Both the position numbers and the translations under genes were made by a program. A stretch of DNA of 32,000 bases, from NCBI RefSeq assembly GCF_004365815.1, contig NZ_SODD01000017.1, positions 11,354 to 43,353 of the forward strand, given 5' to 3'. A model generated the notes under the pieces. The model saw only the letters and a list, made by a program, of their open reading frames with translations. It made no database searches and was not told the DNA's origin. Positions 16,937 to 23,784 of the stretch are shown in pieces. This stretch comes from Breznakia blatticola. Its GTDB lineage: Bacteria > Bacillota_I > Bacilli_A > Erysipelotrichales > Erysipelotrichaceae. Position 1 is the stretch's first letter; each line of letters opens with the position of its first letter.

Positions 16937-19363
16937 ATGTTAAAAAGAAATAAAAAATTTTTAGTTTTATTAATAGCAGTTATGTTTATTACAAGTACTG
17001 GTTTTACTGATGAAGTACAACCAAACGAAATCAATGAACCAATTGAAGATGAACAAACGACTTACGAAGAGAAAGTATTAGAAGATGAAAAAGAAGACAC
17101 CAATGTATTTATAGTAGATGAAGAAAATACAACGCAAGAAGACGTTGTAGAAAAAAGTATGAATAATTTGACTCGTGCTACTGATGAAAGAGTCATATAT
17201 GCACAAGATAATATTGGAGTTGAATGGATATTGTATGCTGATGGAGAATTGGTTATCCATGGTGGTACCATCAATATCATTACAGATTCAAGCAAACGAT
17301 ACTTCAAACAATATTCAGATATTATCACCTCTATTACCTTCGCTGGAGATGTATACTATACACGCCCAGATGGAGGACTTGGTAACTATATGTTTGCTGA
17401 CTTAAAAAACTTAGTAACTGTGAATAATTTTGATCGATTTAAATTAAGTGGAGATGCATCTGGATTATTTATAGCGTGTGAAAAGTTGAAAAATATCGAT
17501 ACAACAAATTTTGCCACTGACAATATTACAAATTTTACAATGATGTTTTCCTATTGTGAGTCACTTGAGTATATAAATGTAAGTAATTGGAATGTAGATA
17601 ACGTAACATCTATGTGGTCAATGTTTAGTCATTGCTATTCATTAAGAGAAATCGATATATCACAATGGACGTTTAAAAATGCAACTGATATTTCCTATGT
17701 GTTTTATAGATGTCGAGAATTGTTAGAACTTGATTTTTCTAGTATGGATCCAGTTAATGAAGTCACTAAGGAAAAGATGCTTGGTAGTGAGCTAGCAAGC
17801 TCAATGAGAAACAAACTGCGTAAAATAACACTTGGTAAAACCGCACTAGGTGCTAATACAGATATATATGCCAGAGATTGGAGAGAACTTGATACAGGCA
17901 TCGTTCATTCGGCTAAATTTTTGGATACACACGATACAAGTAAAACAATTACCTATATTTGGGATGCGAAGCATGCAGTTTTCTATAATCCAGCAGGTGG
18001 AACATTGACTGGTCCTGCAAAAGAGGAAGTTGATGTTATAGAAAGTTCATTTACTAAACCAACAGACCCAACACATGAGCATGCTACATTTGTAAGATGG
18101 TTTACTTCAAGATGGGATTATGATAAAAAAGAGCTTATTTATGAAGAATGGGACTATAGTAGTATTCCAGTTCTAAACATGCCTTATACTACTGAAGTGT
18201 ATGCAGAGTGGGACTACGATACTTATAAAATTTCATATGAATTAAATGGTGGAACGATTAGTCAATTATATCCAACAGAATACAAGTATAATACAGAAGT
18301 ACGGGGATTTAACACTCCATCTAAGGAGGGATATTTCTTCCTTGGATGGTATGATGCAAATGAGGGTGGTAACAAAGTAACTTCGATTAGTTCAACAGAA
18401 TTTGGTGATAAAAAACTATATGCACGTTGGTCTCCTAGAATGTATCAAATAACTTATGAACTAGATGGCGGAACAAACCACGACTCAAATCCAAGTTCAT
18501 ATGCATACGATACAGGTGTGAGCAAACTTGAAAATCCAACGAAAGAAGGATATACATTCATTGGATGGTTTGATGATGTAAATGAAGGTAATCAAATTAC
18601 AAGCATCGATAAAAAGTCAAAAGAACATGTAACGATTTATGCACGCTGGATGGCAAATCAATATGCAATCATTTATGAGCTAAATGGTGGAATTAATGAT
18701 ACAAATAATCCGACTTCATATGCTTACGAACTAGGGGTAGACACATTTGAAGAGCCGACAAAATATGGACATACTTTTTTGGGATGGTATGATGCACCTG
18801 AAAAAGGTAATCAAATCACAAATATAGCGAAAGATTCTATTGGTCATAAAACACTATATGCAAAATGGAAAGTAAATGATTACAAGGTAAACTATGAGTT
18901 AGATGGTGGAATAAACTCCCTTGATAATCCAATGCAATATACATACGGTATTGGAGTGAGTGAATTTGAAAAACCGAATAAAGAAGATTACACATTTATT
19001 GGTTGGTTTAATGCAGCAGAAGATGGAAAAGAGATTACTAATATTGATGGTTCAACTGCTGAAGATGTAACATTATATGCACGTTGGAAAAAGAACGAGA
19101 AACCTACACCTCCTAGTGAAGAACCATCAAAACCTATTGAAAAACCAAATGACGATAAAAACAGTAATACAAATATAACCGATACAAATAATGACAAAGC
19201 AAATGTGAATGCAAGTGTAGCTCCTACTTTTAGCGGAACACAAGCAAACGCACAAACTCCGGTTGATACAAGTGATAGTGTGAATCGAGATGCTCTATTA
19301 TATGTTGGTATAATTTCGTTGTTATCGATTGTAGTTTTATTAAAAAGAAAACATTCAATTTAA
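16937..19363 (+). CDS. Cell-surface protein: signal peptide, BspA-type LRR (DUF285-like) region, five Listeria-Bacteroides (InlB B-repeat/Flg_new) repeats, Pro/Asn/Lys-rich stalk, C-terminal TM anchor
   Basis: The start was moved to ATG 16937 (MLKRNKKFLVLLIAVMF...), preceded by AAGGAGG at 16925-16931. The track's GTG 16916 lies in the leader. LRR units have the form W-N/T-v-x-N-v-T-x-M-x-x-MF-x-x-C-x-x-L. Repeats have the form Y-x-I-x-YELNGG...NP..Y.Y...........P.K.GY.F.GW.......G..IT.I........LYA.W. C-terminus is ALLYVGIISLLSIVVLLKRKHSI. Confidence 0.85.
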   Translation: MLKRNKKFLVLLIAVMFITSTGFTDEVQPNEINEPIEDEQTTYEEKVLEDEKEDTNVFIVDEENTTQEDVVEKSMNNLTRATDERVIYAQDNIGVEWILYADGELVIHGGTINIITDSSKRYFKQYSDIITSITFAGDVYYTRPDGGLGNYMFADLKNLVTVNNFDRFKLSGDASGLFIACEKLKNIDTTNFATDNITNFTMMFSYCESLEYINVSNWNVDNVTSMWSMFSHCYSLREIDISQWTFKNATDISYVFYRCRELLELDFSSMDPVNEVTKEKMLGSELASSMRNKLRKITLGKTALGANTDIYARDWRELDTGIVHSAKFLDTHDTSKTITYIWDAKHAVFYNPAGGTLTGPAKEEVDVIESSFTKPTDPTHEHATFVRWFTSRWDYDKKELIYEEWDYSSIPVLNMPYTTEVYAEWDYDTYKISYELNGGTISQLYPTEYKYNTEVRGFNTPSKEGYFFLGWYDANEGGNKVTSISSTEFGDKKLYARWSPRMYQITYELDGGTNHDSNPSSYAYDTGVSKLENPTKEGYTFIGWFDDVNEGNQITSIDKKSKEHVTIYARWMANQYAIIYELNGGINDTNNPTSYAYELGVDTFEEPTKYGHTFLGWYDAPEKGNQITNIAKDSIGHKTLYAKWKVNDYKVNYELDGGINSLDNPMQYTYGIGVSEFEKPNKEDYTFIGWFNAAEDGKEITNIDGSTAEDVTLYARWKKNEKPTPPSEEPSKPIEKPNDDKNSNTNITDTNNDKANVNASVAPTFSGTQANAQTPVDTSDSVNRDALLYVGIISLLSIVVLLKRKHSI
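17975..19087 (+). repeat. In-frame tandem coding repeats, 219-bp period (73 aa): one divergent plus four canonical units
   Basis: The conserved terminal Trp codons fall at 18209, 18428, 18647, 18866 and 19085, exactly 219 bp apart. The units are diverged at DNA level, so this is not a recent duplication. Confidence 0.85.
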
Positions 19364-19371
19364 TGACTAAG

Positions 19372-19403
19372 GACTTTGTAGTAAATACTATGAAGTCTTT
19401 TTT
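19372..19403 (+). terminator. Rho-independent terminator after the surface-protein gene
   Basis: Stem GACTTTGTAGTA / TACTATGAAGTC (two G-U pairs) followed by T6. Confidence 0.7.
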
Positions 19404-19462
19404 GTTGAATCAAGGGGATTCTCGATAAATTGAAAAATAAAGTGATTTTCCTTACGAAAAAT

Positions 19463-19487
19463 CCAACCTTTTTCAAATATATGCATC
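19463..19487 (+). promoter_or_regulatory. ECF-like promoter motif, site 3 (upstream of the orphan structured locus)
   Basis: CCAACCTTTTtcaaatatatgCATC, with the same 9-mer and spacing as sites 1 and 2. It lies downstream of the terminator at 19372-19403, with no annotated ORF behind it for ~230 nt. Confidence 0.35.
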
Positions 19488-19653
19488 TAATTAATAGAAG
19501 GTAATTAGATTATTATTCTTCTTAGGATAGCCTATGTCCTACAAACTTCCTTATAAAACACACACATAAACACACAAACGGAAAAACACTAGGCGGGTAT
19601 TTTATACCAAGTACAATTGAGGGATTGTACACTACTTACTATTTAGGTAAGTA

Positions 19654-19693
19654 AAAAGGTCAACTTTGCATGTATATGTTAAGTTGACCTTTT
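19654..19693. terminator. Strong orphan hairpin (terminator or attenuator) in intergenic DNA
   Basis: Perfect 13-bp stem AAAAGGTCAACTT / AAGTTGACCTTTT with a 14-nt loop. The A4/T4 flanks are part of the stem, so the U-tract is short in either direction. Confidence 0.6.
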
Positions 19694-19728
19694 CCATTAT
19701 AAGATGGTTATAAACGGAGTTGATGTTT

Positions 19729-20199
19729 GTGAAATCCCTATGGCATTCAGCATACAAAGATGGTAGTATTTTAGTAACGGAATTATCGTTCATGCTATGG
19801 CGGAAAGGCGAGGGGATAATGAGTAAGTATCAAGATGAAAAACTAGGGAATCAATTCTTGGGACAACTGAAAGACTTAAAAGATATTCATAATTATCATG
19901 AGTATGTTGATTTTGTGCGTCATTATATTGAGTACATTTGGGGAGGAAATACAAAGTTATTGGATACCAATCCATTTGGTGTAACATTATTAGCTACACA
20001 TGAAGAATATGATGAAACGATTGCAGTTGTGGTGTTGTATCAAAGTAGTGATGTTGCATATGAGCAAATTATGAGTGCTCTTGAGGGACAAGCATATATG
20101 CAAACCAACAGTTTAAGTGTGATTAGTAATCAGTCGATGGATGCGGCTGCTAAAACACTAGCAGAAGATCATTCCATCCTATATTTTAAATTCTCGTAA
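19729..20199 (+). CDS. Hypothetical small protein with degenerate Mrr-like (restriction-endonuclease-fold) sequence pattern
   Basis: Open frame 19720-20199. Plausible starts are GTG 19729 (GGAG 9 nt upstream) or ATG 19819 (MSKYQDEK...). Family assignment is by eye only; see findings. Confidence 0.5.
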   Translation: MKSLWHSAYKDGSILVTELSFMLWRKGEGIMSKYQDEKLGNQFLGQLKDLKDIHNYHEYVDFVRHYIEYIWGGNTKLLDTNPFGVTLLATHEEYDETIAVVVLYQSSDVAYEQIMSALEGQAYMQTNSLSVISNQSMDAAAKTLAEDHSILYFKFS

Positions 20200-20245
20200 A
20201 AAACGTTCAGTTGTGTCGCATGATAGACAAACTGAACGTTCTTTT
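20198..20245. terminator. Bidirectional terminator between the hypothetical ORF and copB
   Basis: A6, stem AACGTTCAGTT (20202-20212) / AACTGAACGTT (20230-20240), then CTTTT. It lies between convergent stops. Confidence 0.75.
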
Positions 20246-22214
20246 ATAATTTGAGCATCATTGCGTTAATTGCAACAATGATGGTTGATGCACTCATCAA
20301 AATAGCACCAATTGCAGGAGATAGTATGATACCAAATGGTGCCAATACACCAGCAGCAAGTGGGATTGCAATGATGTTATATCCTGCTCCCAACCATAGG
20401 TTTTGCATCATTTTTCTAGTTGTGTTTTTTGCAAGTGAGAAGAAGTTTAGTATATCCAGTGGATTGCTTTTTACAAGTACGACATCTGCGCTATCGATCG
20501 CAACATCAGTACCTGCACCAATAGCTACACCGATATTAGCACGACTTAATGCAGGGGCATCGTTAATTCCATCACCGACCATCATGACTTTTTCACCATG
20601 CGCTTGATAGGTTTGAATGATATGCTCTTTATCTTGCGGTTGCAAGGAACTTTCCACTTTATCAATATGTAATAATTGCTGTACTTTGGATGCAGCTTTT
20701 TCATTATCACCTGTTAGCATCATGGATGTGATACCTTTTTCTTTTAAGCCTTGAATAAAGGTTTTTGCATCTTCTTTGATTTCATCACCTTGTGCAATAT
20801 AACCAATCAATTGCTCGTTTTCTAGCAAGTAACTAATTGCATATCCTTTTTCACTAAGCATATCAAATGTAGTTTTATCGTAGTTAATTTGATGTGTATC
20901 CATATACGAGTGAGATACCAATAGTAACTTTGTATTTTGGTCTAGGATACCTTGTAAACCAATGCCTGGTAAGGTCTCAATGTTTGATAGCGAAACTGGT
21001 TTAATTTGTTTTGCCTTCGCATCATTTAAAATACCAAAAGCAAGAGGGTGACTACTTTCACTTTCAAGACCTGCCATGTATGCAAGGATTTGGTTATCAT
21101 CATATTTTGTGGAAACAGATTGTATTTCTTTTACTTTAAATTTTCCCTCTGTAAGGGTTCCGGTTTTATCGCTCATTACTATTGTAATTTTATTTGCGAT
21201 TTCAAGAGCAGTACGTTTACGAATCAGAATTCCATGTTTTGCACCAATGGATGTGGAACGAGCTACAACAAGTGGAATGGCTAAACCAAGAGCATGAGGA
21301 CATGCAATAACAAGAACACTCACCATACGTAATAAAGCTGTACTTACATCTTTGCTGAGTATCAACCAAATGATGAAACTTGCAATACCAACACCGGTAG
21401 CGATATAAAATAAATATTTAGCGACCACATCACTAATGGATTCAACTTTTGATTTCTCTTTTTGCGCATCACTGACTAGTTTCATAACCTGGGAAATATA
21501 ACTTGCATCACCAGTTGCGTGAATTTTCATCGTCAGTGAGTGATTTCCATTTTGCGATCCACCAATAAGTGTATCATTTATCTGTTTTGTGATTGCTCTT
21601 GATTCTCCAGTAACAAGCGATTCATCAACACTTCCCGAACCATCAATAAGCACTCCATCTGCAGGAATGCGTTCTCCTGCTTTTACTAGGACGATATCAT
21701 CTTTCTTTAATTGTTCGATCGGTGTATCTAGATAACTTCCATCACTTTGCTTTACACTAGCAACACTAGGTAATAGTTTTGCCATACTTTCTAGAGCATC
21801 ACCAGCTTGCATAACACTTTTCATTTCCATCCAGTGTCCAAATAACATAATTACAATCAAGCTTGCAAGTTCCCAAAAGAAGTCCATCACATGTGGTTGC
21901 AAGTGCAGTATATAATTAACAACAAATGCATACAGACTATAAATATATGCAGTGGAAATACCAAGTGCGATTAGTGACATCATCGCAGGTTGGCGCATCT
22001 GTATTTCCATTTTCGCACCACTTAAAAAAGGACTACCACCATAGAAGAATAGTACAGTTGAACATAGTAAGACAAGCCAGTGGCTACCTGTAAATTGTAT
22101 GTGAATGGGTAATTGAAGTCCCATCATGTTAGATAATAAGAAAATTGGAATTGCCAGTATAAGGGAGATAAAGAACTTTTGTTTGAGGTTTTTCATATGC
22201 ATCATATGTGCCAT
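20244..22214 (-). CDS. copB: CopB-type (P1B-3) heavy-metal/copper P-type ATPase
   Basis: [21 protein letters not shown]6 motif CPHALGLA, and GYN ... MSAST in the last TMs (CPH/MSxST signature of the CopB subgroup). It reads as near-collinear with Enterococcus hirae CopB (from memory) starting at its [14 protein letters not shown] segment. The start was moved to ATG 22214 (MAHMMHMK...) with GGAG 8 nt upstream. The track's GTG 22223 overlaps the SD. Confidence 0.9.
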   Translation of the reverse strand: MAHMMHMKNLKQKFFISLILAIPIFLLSNMMGLQLPIHIQFTGSHWLVLLCSTVLFFYGGSPFLSGAKMEIQMRQPAMMSLIALGISTAYIYSLYAFVVNYILHLQPHVMDFFWELASLIVIMLFGHWMEMKSVMQAGDALESMAKLLPSVASVKQSDGSYLDTPIEQLKKDDIVLVKAGERIPADGVLIDGSGSVDESLVTGESRAITKQINDTLIGGSQNGNHSLTMKIHATGDASYISQVMKLVSDAQKEKSKVESISDVVAKYLFYIATGVGIASFIIWLILSKDVSTALLRMVSVLVIACPHALGLAIPLVVARSTSIGAKHGILIRKRTALEIANKITIVMSDKTGTLTEGKFKVKEIQSVSTKYDDNQILAYMAGLESESSHPLAFGILNDAKAKQIKPVSLSNIETLPGIGLQGILDQNTKLLLVSHSYMDTHQINYDKTTFDMLSEKGYAISYLLENEQLIGYIAQGDEIKEDAKTFIQGLKEKGITSMMLTGDNEKAASKVQQLLHIDKVESSLQPQDKEHIIQTYQAHGEKVMMVGDGINDAPALSRANIGVAIGAGTDVAIDSADVVLVKSNPLDILNFFSLAKNTTRKMMQNLWLGAGYNIIAIPLAAGVLAPFGIILSPAIGAILMSASTIIVAINAMMLKL

Positions 22215-22284
22215 AAAAATCACTCCTTTCCTATAAGCCTATCCTATCATAGCCAATTTGTTTACGTGGTCTAGATGCACGCAA

Positions 22285-22317
22285 TAAAAAAGGAAACATG
22301 TAGTATAACATGTTCCC
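22285..22317 (-). terminator. Rho-independent terminator after the alcohol dehydrogenase gene
   Basis: On the - strand: GGGAACATGT-tatact-ACATGTTTCC followed by T6. Confidence 0.75.
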
Positions 22318-22325
22318 GATTCGAA

Positions 22326-23324
22326 TTATGCATTCATACTTTCTTCTAAAATAGCTTTAACATCTTCTTTACTCAGTGTTTTGTAGCCACCAGTGTTTAG
22401 TGGGGTACCAGCAACAATGCCATCATACATTTCAGGAGTAACGCCTAAGTCTTTAACACTTAAGACAAGTCCGAGTTCTTTCATGAAGTCTTCCATTGCT
22501 TGTAAACCTTCAAGGGCAATTTGTGTATCATCTTTGTCTTGTGCTTGTACATTCCAAACGTTCATAGCATAGCGTTTAAATTTAGCCACACCATAAGGTA
22601 AAATCATTTTATAGTATGGAATTGATACAGCAGAAAGTGTCATTCCGTGTGTTGCATCAGTATACGCACCAATTGATTGTCCAATCATATGAACTTCCCA
22701 GTCTGTTGTTTTTCCAGCAGCAACAAGTGTATTTAGTGCCCAAGTAGATGTCCACATAATGTTACTTCTAGCTTCATAGTCCATTGGGTTTTTCACGGCA
22801 ATTCTTGCGCTGTGAATTAATGATTTTAGTAAGCCTTCCATAATGTAGTCTGATGTATTATCATCATTTCCTGAAAAGTATTGTTCAAGAATATGTGACA
22901 TAATATCGAAACATCCAGCAACCATTTGATACATTGGAACTGTAAATGTGTACTCTGGGTTTAAAATCGCAAATTTAGGGAATACATTTGGACCGTATAC
23001 ATGTCCAATTTTTAAATTTGTCTTCGGATTCGTAATAACAGATCCTCCATTCATTTCAGAACCAGTTCCTACCATTGTAAGAATACAACCAACAGGGATG
23101 ATTTTATTGTCTACTTCTTCCATTCGTAAATAGTACTTATCCCATGGATCTTCTTCGCAGTATGTACTCACTGAAACTGCTTTAGCATAGTCTACAGTGG
23201 AACCTCCACCAAAAGAAAGCATAACTTTTGGTCCGTAGTTTAGTAGTTCTTCTTTTAATGAAGCAAGTGCGTCTTTTCCAAAATGTAATTTGGTTGGGTT
23301 ATAGTATGTAAATGTACCTAACAT
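22326..23324 (-). CDS. Iron-containing alcohol dehydrogenase (YqhD/BdhA subfamily) carrying an in-frame ~56-aa internal deletion; possibly non-functional
   Basis: The N-terminus FTYYNPTKLHFGKDAL...KVMLSFGGGS runs directly into TVDYAKAVS...DPWDKY. Metal-site residues appear retained (CFDIMSHILEQ, HMIGQS...THG). The start is ATG 23324, with AAAGGAGG 7 nt upstream. The track's 24-codon 5' extension covers the promoter and is rejected. Confidence 0.8.
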   Translation of the reverse strand: MLGTFTYYNPTKLHFGKDALASLKEELLNYGPKVMLSFGGGSTVDYAKAVSVSTYCEEDPWDKYYLRMEEVDNKIIPVGCILTMVGTGSEMNGGSVITNPKTNLKIGHVYGPNVFPKFAILNPEYTFTVPMYQMVAGCFDIMSHILEQYFSGNDDNTSDYIMEGLLKSLIHSARIAVKNPMDYEARSNIMWTSTWALNTLVAAGKTTDWEVHMIGQSIGAYTDATHGMTLSAVSIPYYKMILPYGVAKFKRYAMNVWNVQAQDKDDTQIALEGLQAMEDFMKELGLVLSVKDLGVTPEMYDGIVAGTPLNTGGYKTLSKEDVKAILEESMNA

Positions 23325-23361
23325 GGTATTTCCTCCTTTGTTGTTTCCAACATCTATTTGC

Positions 23362-23392
23362 ATTCTACAGGCTAAAGTTAACTTTAGGTCAA
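23362..23392 (-). promoter_or_regulatory. MerR-style promoter: -35 TTGACC, 19-nt spacer containing a perfect 16-bp palindrome, -10 TAGAAT
   Basis: The - strand reads TTGACCTAAAGTTAACTTTAGCCTGTAGAAT. The palindrome CTAAAGTTAACTTTAG is at 23372-23387. The -10 lies ~38 nt upstream of the ADH ATG. Confidence 0.5.
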
Positions 23393-23784
23393 GCATAAAA
23401 TAAAAAAATAATCCGTCTATGACAAAAATGCTTTATTTCATAACATTAAGCATTTGTAAGAACTGTAAGGTGGTATAACTATCCATGTAAGGGAAACCCC
23501 CTTATTGACACACATACACATGAATGAAAAACTGTGCCTGCACTGTACGGTTTTGGACACTTCGGGTGTTTTTTTTATACCTTTTCAGTCAAATGCTTTA
23601 TATTTTGAAATCATGACAAACAATATGACATCATAATCACAAATACCATTCTTTCAAATGAATCTATATGTTATAATTAGTCTCGAAAAGAGCAAACTTT
23701 ACATAAAATAGTTATTTATACAATTGACTATATCGTTTGCTACTGCTTTTATTAACAATGAGATGCTAAGGGAGTATAGCTGGT

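Noticed and set aside
17975-19087. Regular 219-bp repeat periodicity that could suggest a repeat array or CRISPR.
   Set aside because: The repeats are in frame and protein-coding (Listeria-Bacteroides repeat units). They are diverged at the DNA level, have no spacer/repeat structure, and no cas genes are present.
19290-19363. Sortase (LPXTG-type) cell-wall sorting signal in the surface protein.
   Set aside because: The hydrophobic segment and basic tail are present, but no LPXTG/SPXTG/NPQTN-like pentapeptide precedes them. I call it only a C-terminal TM anchor.
19534-19569. 11-codon ORF (MSYKLPYKTHT) inside the orphan locus, with AGGA 6 nt upstream.
   Set aside because: The SD is weak and there is no recognisable peptide feature. 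Its 3' half is simply the CA-rich tract read in frame. This is insufficient to call a gene.
15246-20243. The sigma/adhesin/orphan-locus block as a mobile genomic island.
   Set aside because: I could find no integrase, transposase, tRNA target, flanking direct repeats or terminal inverted repeats. It looks accessory, but mobility is unsupported.
23325-23396. The 24-codon N-terminal extension of the ADH ORF (MLDLKLTLACRMQIDVGNNKGGNT).
   Set aside because: It overlaps the -35/palindrome/-10 promoter. The internal ATG 23324 has a strong AAAGGAGG SD and matches the family N-terminus (FTYYNPTKLHFG).
23555-23576. ACAC-ttcgg-GTGT stem plus T8 as an intrinsic terminator on the + strand.
   Set aside because: The stem has only 4 Watson-Crick pairs (plus possible G-U pairs), and there is no convincing upstream + strand gene or promoter. 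It is reported only as part of the unexplained region.
23426-23601. The 11-nt direct repeat AAATGCTTTAT (23426 and 23591) as a target-site duplication flanking a ~150-bp MITE-like insertion.
   Set aside because: The enclosed segment has no terminal inverted repeats, and I cannot test for other genomic copies. In AT-rich DNA an 11-mer repeat alone is weak evidence.
23520-23636. 38-codon ORF (MNEKLCLHCTVLDTSGVFF...) in the ADH/GntR intergenic region.
   Set aside because: There is no SD, it reads through a T8 run giving a FFIPF low-complexity stretch, and it has no family resemblance. At most it is a gene remnant.
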